This document shows, piece by piece, positions 1 to 11,862 of a stretch of 64,000 nucleotides of DNA. The translations under genes were made by a program, and so were the position numbers. Location: contig NC_068986.1 in the NCBI RefSeq assembly GCF_001194135.2, forward strand, positions 76,580,750-76,644,749, read 5' to 3'. The notes under the pieces are model-generated. The model did not search any database, was not told the DNA's origin, and saw only the letters and a list, made by a program, of their open reading frames with translations. The first letter of the stretch is position 1, and every line of letters starts with the position of its first letter. The DNA is from Octopus bimaculoides. Its lineage: Eukaryota.

Positions 1-205
1 ATATATGTGTGTGTGTGCGTGTCTGTGTTTGTCCCCTCCACTACCACCACCACTTGATGATGAGTGTTGGTGTACATCCCCATAACTTAGCTGTTCAGCA
101 AAAAGGCACCAATAGAAAAAATACCAGGCGGGATCAATTTGTTTGCTCAAAATTCTTCAAGGCAGTCCCCAGCATGGCTACAGTCTAATGACAGAAGATA
201 AAGGA
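1..205 (+). mobile_element. SINE family A (octopus OR-like), 3' half
   Basis: (TG)n..gtcccc..ataacttagc..ttcagcaaaa..caaggcagt..cagcatggc..cagtctaatgac matches the tail of the full copy at 4141-4569. Confidence 0.75.
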
Positions 206-420
206 GTAGTTACGAGGAATTCCTAATAGTAGTTGCTAGGCACACTTAGTAGTGAGTGGTTAGAGAAACATGTGACAATGGTTAATAAGAAGTTTTAATA
301 GTGCTTTGTGGGCACGTTTTGTAGTGGTGGGAACACTCAATAGTTGTGGGAATATTTAATTTTGACTGGTGTGAAGACTTTATTGTGTTTGCTGAGAACA
401 TATTGTATTTGTGCGGGACT

Positions 421-630
421 CTTAATATTGCTTTCAAATTTTGGCGCAAGGCTAACAGTTTTAGAGGAGTGAGTAAGTCGATTATATTAACTCCGGTGTT
501 CAACTGGTACTTATTTTATCAACTCTGAAAAAATTAAAGGCAAAGTCAATCCTGGCAGCATTCAAACTCAAAACATAAAGATGGAAGCATTTTGTCCAGT
601 GCACTAATAATTCTGCCAGCTCACCATTTT
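421..630 (-). mobile_element. SINE family B (MetaSINE-like)
   Basis: Reverse complement of the gagctggcagaa..ctttgcctttcatcc..gataaaataagtaccag consensus seen in many + copies. Confidence 0.8.
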
Positions 631-657
631 CAGGACTCTTAATATTGGTCTGTAGAA

Positions 658-885
658 CTCAGAAGTGCTGAGAAGTTCCTGGCTTTAATGGTATTACAAA
701 AGGTCTGCTTGGAGGCCCAGCCTTTTGAGTTCTTTTACAGGGCTTAGAAAATTTGAAGGATCACTGCAATAAATGTGTGAATCCACTGCAATAAGTGTGC
801 GAATATGTTGAATAAAATCATAATTAACTGATCCTCCTGTATTTTCTTTTACCCAAAGCCAGGAGCTTTTCAGCACCCTGTCATA
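658..885 (+). mobile_element. Mariner-derived MITE
   Basis: TIRs gtgctgagaagttcctggcttt (665-686) and aaagccaggagcttttcagcac (855-876). The internal remnant GLENLKDHCNKCV..YVE* resembles a mariner transposase C-terminus. Confidence 0.7.
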
Positions 886-1244
886 TATTCTATGCCTCAG
901 GGGGAGGCATGTACTGTGGTTGCTTTGAACTTGTATGTGACTTGCTGTCTAGGTTGATGTTGTTGTTCTTTAGCCTGTTGTCAACTCTGATCAAGCAGAT
1001 ACTATGCAGCAATATTTTAATGTCTTCCTTTTAGATTAATTTTATTATATCTTTTATTTTGTCAGAAGAGGAAAGGACTTTCTATGATTCACTTCAGTGT
1101 CTGCAAGTCTTGTAGTGGTAGCAGTGGAGAAAAGATAGAAGTATTACTTAGACCACTGCCTTGACCAGAATGCTTACAAGAGAGTAGACTCTGCTAAATA
1201 TATCCATGGGGCAAGTTGTGCTGTTAAACTGGATGACAGATTAA

Positions 1245-1464
1245 CCCTTTAGTATTCAGATTTCTCTGTCAAATATAATGCTTATTTATTCACATTGTTT
1301 TGAATTAACTGTGTACTATGTTATAAATTTGAAACTTTGATCATGTGATTGTTTAGTTTTAGAATGACATTGTAGGGTAGGTGTAAGCAGCCTGATCTAG
1401 TTAGATTGAACATAAAATAGGTAGAATATTTTGGCTGGATATGGTTGGTTTGAATGCTAAAGGG
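1245..1464 (+). mobile_element. piggyBac-type MITE family E (~220 bp)
   Basis: TTAA|CCCTTTAGTATTCA ... TGAATGCTAAAGGG|TTAA, with TTAA duplicated at 1241-1244 and 1465-1468. Confidence 0.85.
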
Positions 1465-1499
1465 TTAAGTTAAATCAACCAAGAACAGGAATATTTCCT

Positions 1500-1665
1500 C
1501 CAACAGCTTCCACACAGTTTCTATCTACTAAATTGTACTTCCAAGGTTTTTATTCAACCAAGGGTTATGGAAGAAGACAGTCATCTGAGGTGTCTTTCAG
1601 TAGGATTGAACCCAAAGCCTTGTGGCTGCCAAGCAAATTTCTTAACTTCCAGCAACATCTGCAGT
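1500..1665 (-). mobile_element. SINE family A, degraded 5' half
   Basis: Reverse complement of the tRNA-like head and the agtgtcttct..ccttg..agatagaaact body. Confidence 0.6.
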
Positions 1666-2171
1666 GCTGCTAATAAATCTCCTCATTACCAATAACTGCA
1701 TAATGGAACAGACAGTAACATTACTGACTAGACTGGAATATTGCATATCAGATGATTGGAATTCTTCCAAAACTTAATGATTGATTATAGATTAGCAAAC
1801 AATTCCTTCATAACAATTATAATTTTACTGCTTATTATGTAAAGAAAACCCTGAAACAATATTTTGATTTTTAAAAATTATTTCATAAATGAAAATGTTT
1901 GTTTGTTGCTTAATTTATTGTAAAATTGGGTAGCAACATAGAATCTTTGGACGTGCAAGCATGGCTGTGTGACTGAGAAGACTGGGATAATTGGCTTTGA
2001 TCTCATTGTGTGGCACCGTGGATGAGTGTCTTCTACCATAGTGCCAAGTTGACAAAATTTTGTTAGGGTTAGGGTTAGATCAAGTACTGGGAGTTTGCTT
2101 TAATTGACCAGTCCCACCAAAGTGTCAGGCCTTGTTCCTATGTAAAAAAAGAAACTATTACTATCAGTATT

Positions 2172-2624
2172 AAGCTGGCAAGCTAGCAGAATTATTAGCC
2201 TGTTGGACAAAATACTTACAAGTATTTCTTCTGGCCCTTTACGTTCTGAGTTCAAATGCTGTTGAGGTCAACCTTGCCTTTTAAAATCCTTTCAAGGTTG
2301 ATAAAATCAGTATCAGTGGAACACTGGAGTTGATGCAACCAACTAGATCCTTCCTCTAAACTGTCAGGCCTTGTTCCTATAGCTGAAAGGATTATTATCA
2401 TTATTATTATGGTGGTAAGCTGACAGAATCATTAGTACATTGGGCAAAATACTTAATGGCATTTCTTCCGGTTCTTTATATTCTGGGTTCAAATACTGTT
2501 GAGGTCAACTTTGCCTTTCATCCCTTCAGGGTCGATAAAATAATGTACTACTCAAGTACTGGGGGTTATGTAATTGACTTACACTTCCCTTAAAATTGCT
2601 GGCCTTGTGCCAAAATTTGAAACT

Positions 2625-2674
<50 letters not shown>

Positions 2675-3883
2675 TATTATTATTATTATTATTATTATTG
2701 TTATTATAAAGGCAGCGAGCCAGCAGAATCGTTAGCATGCTGGATGAAATACTTAATGGTATTTCACCCATCACTATGTTCTGAGTTCAAATTCTGCCAA
2801 GGTTGGCTTTGTGTTTCATCGATGAAATAAGTACCAGTTATGCACTGGGGTTGATGTAATTGACTAGCTCCCTTCTCTAAAATTTCAGGCCTTGTGCCTA
2901 TAGTAGACAGGATTATTATTAAGAAAGCAAGCTGGCAGAATTGTTAGCATGCCTTTCATACTTTCAGGGTCAATAAAATAAATACGAGAGCTGGGGTTGA
3001 TGCAATTGACTTAATCCCTCTCTTGAAATTGCTGGCCTTGTGTCAAAATTTGAAACCAATAAAATAAAGTGCTGAGCTAGTAGAATCGCTAGCATACTTG
3101 GCAAAATACTGAGTGGTCTTTCATCCGTGTGCATGTTCCAAGGTTGATTTTTGCCTTTCATTCTTTTAGGATTGATGAAATAAGTACCAGTTATGCACTG
3201 GGGTCAGTGTAATTGACTTACCCCCTCCCCACAAATTTCAGGCCTTGTGCCTATAGTAGAAAGTATTATTATTATTAAGGTGGTGAGCTGGCAGAACCAT
3301 CAGCCTGCTGGACAAAATGCTTAGTGGCATTTCATCCATCTTTACATTCTGAGTTACAATTTTGCTGAGGTTAATGTTGCCTTGTATCTTTTTGGTGTAA
3401 ATAAAATAAGTACCAGACAAGCACTGGGGTTGATGTAATTGGCACCAACCCTATAAATTTTCTGGCTTTGTACCAAAATGAGAAAGGATTATTATTATTA
3501 TTAGGAAAGCAGTGATCTGGTAGAATTATTAGTGTGTCAGAAAAATGTCTTGTGACATTTGTTCTGACACTTCGTGTTTGTAGTTCAAATCCTGGCAAAA
3601 TCAACTTCACCTTCCATCCTTCCTGAGTTGATAAAATAAAGTTTCAGTCATGCACTGGGGTTGATTTAATTAACTAACACTTCCCCCTAAACAAATTAAG
3701 GCCTATTAAAAAACAATTATTCTGGTTCTTAATGTTATGAGTTCAAATCTCACCGAATCCAATTTTGCTTTTTATCCCTCTGGCATCTATAAAATAAAGT
3801 CTTAGTCAAGTACTGGAGTTGGTGGTATCTACTAATCCCTTCCCTCAAATTGCTGGCCTCGTTCCTGAATTAGAACCCATTAT

Positions 3884-3918
<35 letters not shown>

Positions 3919-3993
3919 GCGAGCTGGCAGAATTGTTAGCATGCCAGACAAAATGTTTAGTGGCATTTTGCCCATCTTTATGTTCTGAGTTCA
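2172..3993 (+). mobile_element. Head-to-tail array of about 9 SINE family B copies separated by (ATT)n/(ATC)n
   Basis: Repeated ~210-bp units starting near 2172, 2411, 2711, 2921, 3070, 3278, 3503, 3720 (headless) and 3915. Each has an A-box-like tggcagaa, a B-box-like gagttcaaat and the ctttgcctttcatcctttc.gggt.gataaaataagtaccag core, which resembles the Meta domain of MetaSINEs/Sauria SINE. Confidence 0.88.
2626..2706. repeat. (ATC)n(ATT)n microsatellite
   Basis: Direct reading. Confidence 0.97.
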
Positions 3994-4140
3994 NNNNNNN
4001 NNNNNNNNNNNNNNNNNNNNNNNNNNNNNNNNNNNNNNNNNNNNNGACTAAAAGTAAAAAAAAAAAAAAACCCTTTAAGGCTATGCTCCATGGTTGTAGT
4101 CCAATGACTGACAAACAAATAGAATATAAAAAATATGGAC

Positions 4141-4303
4141 AGGCGTAGGAGTGGCTGTGTAGTATGTAGCTTGCTTGCCAACCACATGGTTCTGAGTTCA
4201 GTCCCACTGCATGGCACCTTGGGCAAGTGTCTACTATATCCTCGGGCCGACCAAAGCCTTGTGAGTGGATTTGGTAGATGGAAACTGAAAGAAGCCCGAC
4301 GTA

Positions 4304-4343
<40 letters not shown>

Positions 4344-4569
4344 GTATGTATGTGTGTGAATATGTTTGTGTGTCTGTGTTTGTCTCCCCAACATCACTTG
4401 ACAACCAATGGAGGTATGTTTACGTCCCCATAACTTAGCAGTTCGGCAAAAAAGACTGATAGAATAAATACTAGGCTTACAAAGAATAAGTCCTGGGGTC
4501 GGTTTGCTTGACTAAAGGCGGTGCTCCAACTTGGCCGCAGTCAACTGACTGAAACGAGTAAAAGAGTAT
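4141..4569 (+). mobile_element. SINE family A, full length (tRNA-derived head, internal (TA)n/(TG)n)
   Basis: aggcgtaggagtggctgtgtag..ggttctgagttcagtccc..ccttgggcaagtgtc..(TA)n..gcagtcaactgactgaaacgagtaaaagag; resembles octopus OR-type SINEs as recalled. Confidence 0.88.
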
Positions 4570-5384
4570 ACCATCAGGTCAGCTTTGCCTTCATCCTTTC
4601 AGGGTTGATAAAATAAGTACCAGTCAAGCTAAAGTTTCAGGTCTTGGGCCAATAGTAGAAAGGATTGTTGTTATTGTTACTATTGTGTAACTCAAGCCAT
4701 CTATACACCCAATGTTGTTGTGTGACTGTTCTCATAGCCACCAATTCACATATCCAGAGTCTTAGAAGCCACCTTTCTATCAAGATGAGGACCACAATAC
4801 ATATTGTAATATGCTGTAGTTTTACATATGGGATAGTGTGTGGTATTCTGATCATGTATTATTTTCTCTACTGTCCAATCTGTTCTTTTATGTCTGTTAT
4901 ATGGTGGTAACATATCAGAGCACATATCTGTGTTAGTGTGCATCTCTGAACAGAGTTTGGGGTCAATGAAGTTATTACTTTTACTTTATTAAGCATGCAC
5001 TTTGTTTGTCCAGACTTAGAATGGTGTTGTAGTAAATGTAGATGTACCTGGGTATTTGGGAGTGATTGAGCATACTGTGTGACTGAAGTTGGCTGCAGAA
5101 AGAAACCATGTCCCTTGCATGTCAAAGTGATTTTTCATTTTCAGCATTTTTGTTTTATTGTGAAGATTGGCCTGTGTTGATGCAGAATAGGGTATTTTGT
5201 GATATTGTATTGTTTAGTCGAGGCCAACCCTGATAAAAAATATTTTAATATCTATAAACTACTAACATACCAATATTGATACAGTTGATTTTCTCTACTC
5301 TTTTTTTTTTTTTTTTTAATAAAAATTAATCTCTAGTCTAATGAAAAATAATCCTTATTGTTGCGGTTGTTGTTGATTCTATTG

Positions 5385-5412
5385 TTATTCTTATTCTTTT
5401 GATCTTTTTCAG
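5385..5412 (+). promoter_or_regulatory. 3' splice acceptor (polypyrimidine tract + CAG) of the ATG-containing exon; implies an upstream non-coding exon
   Basis: ttattcttattcttttgatctttttcAG|aaattc, 75 nt before the ATG; T-rich tract at 5298-5317. Confidence 0.7.
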
Positions 5413-5487
5413 AAATTCTACACCAGATTTCAATTCAAATGAAAAATTATGGTTTAAGAAATAAGAGCAGATCTTTTAGATAAAACA

Positions 5488-7432
5488 ATGGAACTTCTTG
5501 ACAAACTTAAGACTGAATGGAACGAAAAGTTTCCTGATGATGTTCTGCCTGATATTATTCCAAAAGATAAAAAGATCTGTACATCTGTGTTACTGGATGT
5601 CATCAGTAAGTCTGAGGAAGAAATGCAAGGTTTGGAGAAAAGAATTAAACAATTGAAATTATTACAGGAGTTCTTAAAAGCGTTTGTGGAAAAAATTCAA
5701 GACACTTCTGAGCAAGATGCAAATAAGTTAGATAATTCCAATTCTATTATGTCTGAAATCAGGAAACTAGCCACTGAGACTATTGCTATTTCAAAACATA
5801 TTTATGCAGACGATTTTTATCGGGAGACCGAACCTTCAGATGCTGCGTCTGACGGCGAACCCAAAAAGCGTTCCAATAGCGTTGATTATCACCTTACCAA
5901 GCGAACCATGCTCGTAACTGAAAGTGAAAACAAAGAACTAAATGCAAGTCCGAATCAAGAAAATGATGTGTCTGATAAAAAGCCGGTAACATCACCACTT
6001 ACCCACAGTTTTTCTACAGTTATTCCTAAGACGAACATAATACGGAAGCCGCCAGTCAAACACCCAGTTAAATTGCCCAGGAATCGCCTCCGTGTATCGA
6101 GCATGTCGCCTGAGATCGAAATTGAAAATACTGACACTTTTAATAGTGACACAAGTTCTCTCACAAACGAGAATAAATTCTCATCAGGTTTTAAATCTAC
6201 CAAAAGACCTAAACCGCCTAGTCTACCCCCTAAACCTAAAAAATCTTTATCTATGAAGGGCTCTGGTTTAAGTGTTGCGCCTAAGCGTAGCAATAGCTGC
6301 AACAGTAGCACCCCTAGCTGCAGTAGCAGCTGCAACAGTAACATCAGCAGCACTAATCAGAATAATGCTTGTTCTATAGAGGAAAACATTGATAATGCTA
6401 CTGGTCAGTCGAGTGCTGCTATAAACAGTGTTAATTCATCAACATCACCAGTTGGCGGTGACAGTAATACACTGAGTAAAAGATTAACGACAAACAATCA
6501 GGTCAATTCAGTAGGTCAACAACAGCCTTTATCAGCGGGACTAAATACAAAAACGAGTTTACAATCAAGCCAAGCAAACACAGCTCGCAACTGTAGCTGT
6601 CAAGGTAGTAGTAGTTTCACTAGCAACGGGGAAGAGATCATAGCAGCGGAATATCGATCCCATTCATCTCGTGCTTCACTCAGCGGATCCGATCCAACTA
6701 AAGACTTGTTGAAGCCTTTCGTTGATAAAGACGAAAAGAAACCCCAATTTTCTGAGAAAGAACAGGAAAGTGACGATCATTTCGAAAATCCTGAGACACA
6801 TGAAAGTCAGTGTAAACAAGCGTGTGTTGCTGATACTGAGCAGACGTCTTTATTGAGTGAAGAAGCGAACGAAGTAAAAGCCGAGTCGCCTGAGAACAAC
6901 CCAGTCGTTGGTGTAGCGGGAGGAGAGTCTGGTGATCTTGAGATCGAAGTTGAATGTGATAAAAGCGAGGCTGAAATCGGCAGCAACCAGAACGACCACC
7001 AGAATGGTTGCGAAGAAAATAAAATAGTCACAGACACCAGTAATATCAACAGCAGCAACATGTTGGGTTCTAAGAAGCACAAAGAGATCCACATTGTCAG
7101 CTATCGGAAATTAGATGGAGACTTCATTGAGACTCCTTTGCACAGCAGTTCGACTTTAGTCAAGCCTGAAAGGCGAACACAAATGAGTGATGATGTTATG
7201 ACACGGTCAACAGGTGCTATTGAGGATTCTAGACTATGGTCTTCCGACAGGGGTTTTGATCGGAAGCGTATTTCTTCACCGTTTGATTTCCGATTCAATA
7301 AATTCGATGACAAATCGAAGAGCCACGAAATCGACGTTTCTCTTACCGAGAAACCTGAGGAAATTAACTTTTTGAATAGCAAATCACATGGGTTAGCGAA
7401 TGGTAAGCAAATCGAAGGTTCTGTTCCGAAAG
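5488..7432 (+). CDS. BCR: First coding exon (648 codons + 1 nt, phase-1 intron follows) of a BCR/ABR-like Rho GEF/GAP; N-terminal oligomerisation coiled coil followed by a long Ser/Asn/Pro-rich low-complexity region
   Basis: The only long non-repeat ORF. ATG lies in aaaacaATGg context with an in-frame TAA upstream (5455-5457). It ends at AG|GTAAGT (7432/7433). Manual alignment with the recalled human BCR N-terminus (MVDPVGFAEAWKAQFPDSEPP...LERCKASIRRLEQEVNQERFRMIYLQTLLAK) matches W11, F15-P16-D17 and P21 at identical positions plus the heptad LE..Q..(F/Y)L..K. DH/PH/C2/GAP exons were not seen, so the family call rests on ~70 aa. Confidence 0.72.
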
Positions 7433-7438
7433 GTAAGT
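7431..7438 (+). promoter_or_regulatory. 5' splice donor of the large coding exon
   Basis: AG|GTAAGT is a perfect consensus; the ORF stops 4 codons later and composition turns AT-rich and intron-like. Confidence 0.9.
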
Positions 7439-7862
7439 TAATTTAAACGTAACCTCTATCACAATTTTTTCCCATTGACAATGTTAAAGCTTTATCTTAT
7501 TTGACACCTCCTAGGAACATCCTGTATTTAACCTAAAGTTCGAATAATAGGAATATAAAGTAAAAAACAAACAAAAAACTCTTGATTTTTTTTTTCTTTT
7601 GCTTCAAAATCTTAATTAAAATATTTATTTTTCTTTCTAATCTTAGGAGATAGGAATGAAAGAAAAAAAAGCAAACAATAACGAATAATTTATTTCTTAT
7701 ATCATTTATTTTATCTTAGGAACATTTCTTATTAAATGTTAACAAAACGAACTTGTCCACCTCTTTTCTTAACATTATTGATCGCGCGCATATGTGTGGG
7801 TGGTGAAAACACATAAATGCATAAATAAGCGTGTACATGCATAGATACCTTCATACCTACAT

Positions 7863-7899
<37 letters not shown>

Positions 7900-8844
7900 T
7901 CGTATAGAAAATATGCATACACATAGGAAAACACACACACTATAGATATACATACATGAAAATATGAATCGTTATCATTTATTATTTATTGTTTGTGCGT
8001 GTCTGTCTATACATCGAGCTAAAGCTAATTGTACAGTGAATGTTTAGTTATCTCTTGAGTTCTACCCGCATATTTGGGCGTACCCGTTTATAAGAATCTT
8101 CCTCAACGTCGATTCAACATTCGTCAAACCCATAGCCGTTTTATACTCCGTACTAAATGTATGGAGAATCAAGAAATTTAGCTGCTTTTTACTGACGCCT
8201 ATGTCTTCCCATTATGTTCTTCTGCTATCTTAACTGAATAATTTAATTATGACATTATTGTAGCTTTTTGTTATTGTCGTTGTTAACTTGATGATAATGA
8301 TATTTATTTTATTATTAGTCATTTATTCGTGTGTTTGTGTCTGCGTATGTTTTCTGGCATAGTTGCTGTTACTAAACCCTTGTCTCCACAAGTCAGCTCC
8401 CGATCGTACAGACCTATGATCAAAGACATTCCACCAGTGACCACCCCCATTGTTTTATTTATTTTTTTTTCTGGGGAACGAGTAACAATATATCATTACC
8501 AGTGTATTCTTTTTTTTTTAATTTTAAAACGGCAGGATGAGATTTGAGGGAAATTTAGCTGCTATTCGTTGCAGACCGAGCTACTACATAGGGGTTCACT
8601 CGTTTCATCTCTATTCTGTATTAGCATATTGCTGTGTGTGTGTGTGTGTGTGAATAGTTATTTTTGTATAAATTGTTGAAATTAGGTTTTATGCTTTTAT
8701 TTATGAATCTTCTTCAAAGAAGGNNNNNNNNNNNNNNNNNNNNNNNNNNNNNNNNNNNNNNNNNNNNNNNNNNNNNNNNNNNNNNNNNNNNNNNNNNNNN
8801 NNNNNNNNNNNNNNNNNNNNNNNNNNNNNNNNNNNNNNNNNNNN

Positions 8845-8881
<37 letters not shown>

Positions 8882-8922
8882 CTATCATTCATATATATAT
8901 ATATATATACATATATTACATG

Positions 8923-8961
<39 letters not shown>

Positions 8962-9832
8962 TAGATAGGTCATACATATGTATATACATATGTATTATAC
9001 ATATATAATATACATACGTATTATATATTATATACATATGATATAATATAATGTATATATATATTACATAAAGTGAATTATTTTATTTCACATAGCCTTT
9101 CGTTTTTTGGTGCTTTGTATTTACTAGTATTAGGTTTATAAGGAGGGGAATTTGCAAACCTGTTGATGCCATTCCTTATGAACAGAGACACTGTGACATA
9201 AATGCTTTAATTATATCCCTTGTTCATCTATTTGACTACACATGCATCCCACCCCACACATGTACAATCATATATATATATATTTATTCTAACATTTGTG
9301 AAAATACAAATATATGCTTGCTTACATATAAATTCTCAACTCATATATTCATACGTATTAACATACCAACATAAACATGTACATATTTGCATACACATAT
9401 CTGTATATGCTCACACACACACACAAACTAGATATATATGTGTGTATATACATATATGTCTACATATTTATATATCTGTGCATGTATATGTATATTGACA
9501 ACTGGTTTGAGTTCATATTTTTGTTGCTAACCTGTGATTAATGAGTTTGTAAATGTTTGGATGTTTGAATGGAGCAAGTTTTTTTTTAAAAGATTGAGAT
9601 TTTATGTTTTAAGAAGTAATGTAATTACTCAGAGTTTTCTTAACGTGTATTTGCCAGCCATTTATTCCTGCTGAGAAAATGAATTTAAATGATTTGGCCA
9701 AAGACAGCGATTGCGCTAAAACTCAAACTGATGACTCATTCAAGTGCTGTTTGTTCAATAATATCATAAATAAAGCAGTCATGAACAATATAGGCCCTTG
9801 TGCTTTTATTAGTAATTATTACGTAGACATGT

Positions 9833-9835
<3 letters not shown>

Positions 9836-9899
<64 letters not shown>
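9836..9899. repeat. (TA)n microsatellite
   Basis: Direct reading. Confidence 0.97.
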
Positions 9900-9912
<13 letters not shown>

Positions 9913-10074
9913 ATAAACGGATGGATAGATATATAGATGACATGTGCTAATTGCTCATGCACAATAGTATATGAAGAGGATTGCAGATGTATCTGTTGCA
10001 TCTAATATAATTTAACTCTAGGTAAACAGTCAAAAACGTACAACTGCTACTGTATCCAAACTCTGTTAAGATCT

Positions 10075-10335
10075 GAAGAATATATCAGAGTTGCTGGCAT
10101 TAATTTGTTAAGAGTAAAAGACTTTATGTATCTTGGCAAAACACCACTGAAAAATGGGCAAATTGATACTGAAAACTACAAGAGAGAATGGCAGAGGCAT
10201 GCACAGCATTTGAATTACTGCTTTAATGGCTATGAAATAATCAAACTGTCTCTATGAGAATCGAGTGTAAGATCTGGAGAGCAGCTGTTTTGACCAGTCT
10301 TTTGTATTGTGTTGAAATCTGGAAACTGTATAGTA
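10075..10335 (+). mobile_element. Degraded RTE-like LINE ORF2 fragment
   Basis: Translates with frameshifts to IRVAGINLLRVKDFMYLG...KIWRAAVLTSLLYCVEIWKLY, matching the (F.YLGS)...(LLYG.E.W) region after the RT domain. Confidence 0.65.
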
Positions 10336-10346
10336 TACAAAGAATG

Positions 10347-10590
10347 AAGCTACTTTCCAAGTCATATAGACTCATAAGGCTGGTTTCTCTCTTTCTGGGC
10401 ACATACATTACCCATAGGATATGAGATGTTGCTCTGTTGCAGGATTACTCATTTTTATCCACTTAGTGGACTGAAGCATTGTAAAATGAAGAATTTTGCT
10501 GAGGAGCACAACAGATTTTACAGTCAAGGAATTGAAACCATAATATTATGACTGTGTGTCCAATATTTTAACCACTAATCCATGCACCTC
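10347..10590 (-). mobile_element. tRNA-derived CORE-like SINE, degraded
   Basis: Reverse strand reads tggaggtgcatggattagtggttaa..ggtttcaattcc..tgctcctcagcaaaa..cttcagtccactaagtgg. Confidence 0.55.
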
Positions 10591-11024
10591 CATGACAAGT
10601 GTACACGAATCAGATCAAAAGATTTTCATGGCTTAATGATCAGACAGCTGACTTCAGTCATAAAGTATTGTGAGGTATGGTTTCCAACAGTGAGAGACAA
10701 GGGCGAGCTGGATTTACCAAGTATAGTTGATTTCTTCATCAGGAGAAACCTACATTAGAAAATGGGTTCAGTCTGACCTACCTTTGAAAGGACAACAGGA
10801 AAAGAATCTCAACAAGGGGTTATAACCTTAGTTGTTATGGACATACATATACATACATACATACATACATAAAGACATACATGTATACACAAATATATAT
10901 TTCTTGATATTTGTTTACTTAGCATATGCAAGCATTATAGTACTCTATATAGATGAGCACTTAAGTGGATAGTACATAAGTATTAAATGTAGACAATAAA
11001 GCCATTGATTTGGTTTGGACACAA

Positions 11025-11094
<70 letters not shown>

Positions 11095-11100
11095 TCTCTC
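11025..11100. repeat. (CT)n microsatellite
   Basis: Direct reading. Confidence 0.97.
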
Positions 11101-11439
11101 CCAAGATAGTTTCTCAGAAAGAACACAGCTAGGAGTTCAAGTCTGATTATATCTATGCTGTAATTCATGTTTGAATTCCAAGAAAAAAGGAAAGGAATTG
11201 AATCCCTCTGTCAAATATTTGCTTTATCAATTTATATGCAGATACCTTATTATTGAATAGCAAAACAGGTATGAATCCCCTCTCTATGTGTGTATGCATG
11301 TGTTTTCACAATCTGAAATGTTTCATGTGCAATGTAATATTTTATTCATATTTAAGTTACACCCCCCCCCCTACACACACACGTATGCACACTTCTTTGT
11401 CTCTTTCTACAAATATTTTAAATATGTATATAAAGTGAT

Positions 11440-11862
11440 ATAGGTGCAAGTGTGGCTGTGTGGTAAGAAGTTTACTTCCCATCCTTATGGTTCTGAGTTC
11501 AATTCCACTCTACTATAGCCCTGGGCCAACCAAAGACTTGTGAGTGGATTTAGTAGATGGAAACTGAAAGATGCCAGTTGTATATATATATATATATGTA
11601 TATATATATGTATATGTATATATATATGTATATGTATATATATATGTATATGTATATATATATGTATATGTATATATATATATATGTATATGTATATATA
11701 TATGTATATGTATATATATATGTATATGTATATATGTATATATGTATATATATATGTATATGTATATATATATATGTATATATATATATGTATATGTATA
11801 TATATATGTATATGTATATATATATGTATATGTATATATATATGTATATGTATATATATATG
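11440..11862 (+). mobile_element. SINE family A head with expanded internal TA/TATG higher-order repeat running into a gap
   Basis: Head at 11440-11578; 11581-11862 is built of ~16-bp tatatatatgtatatg units; N gap 11863-12655. Confidence 0.75.

Noticed and set aside
4637-5125. Cluster of short ORFs on both strands, considered as a Penelope or other TE coding remnant
   Set aside because: No RT, GIY-YIG or transposase motif could be recognised in any frame.
5955-7382. Antisense ORFs (5955-6353, 6807-7094, 6850-7092, 7101-7382) over the large exon
   Set aside because: Shadow frames of a Ser/Asn/Glu-rich coding strand; no motifs or independent signals.
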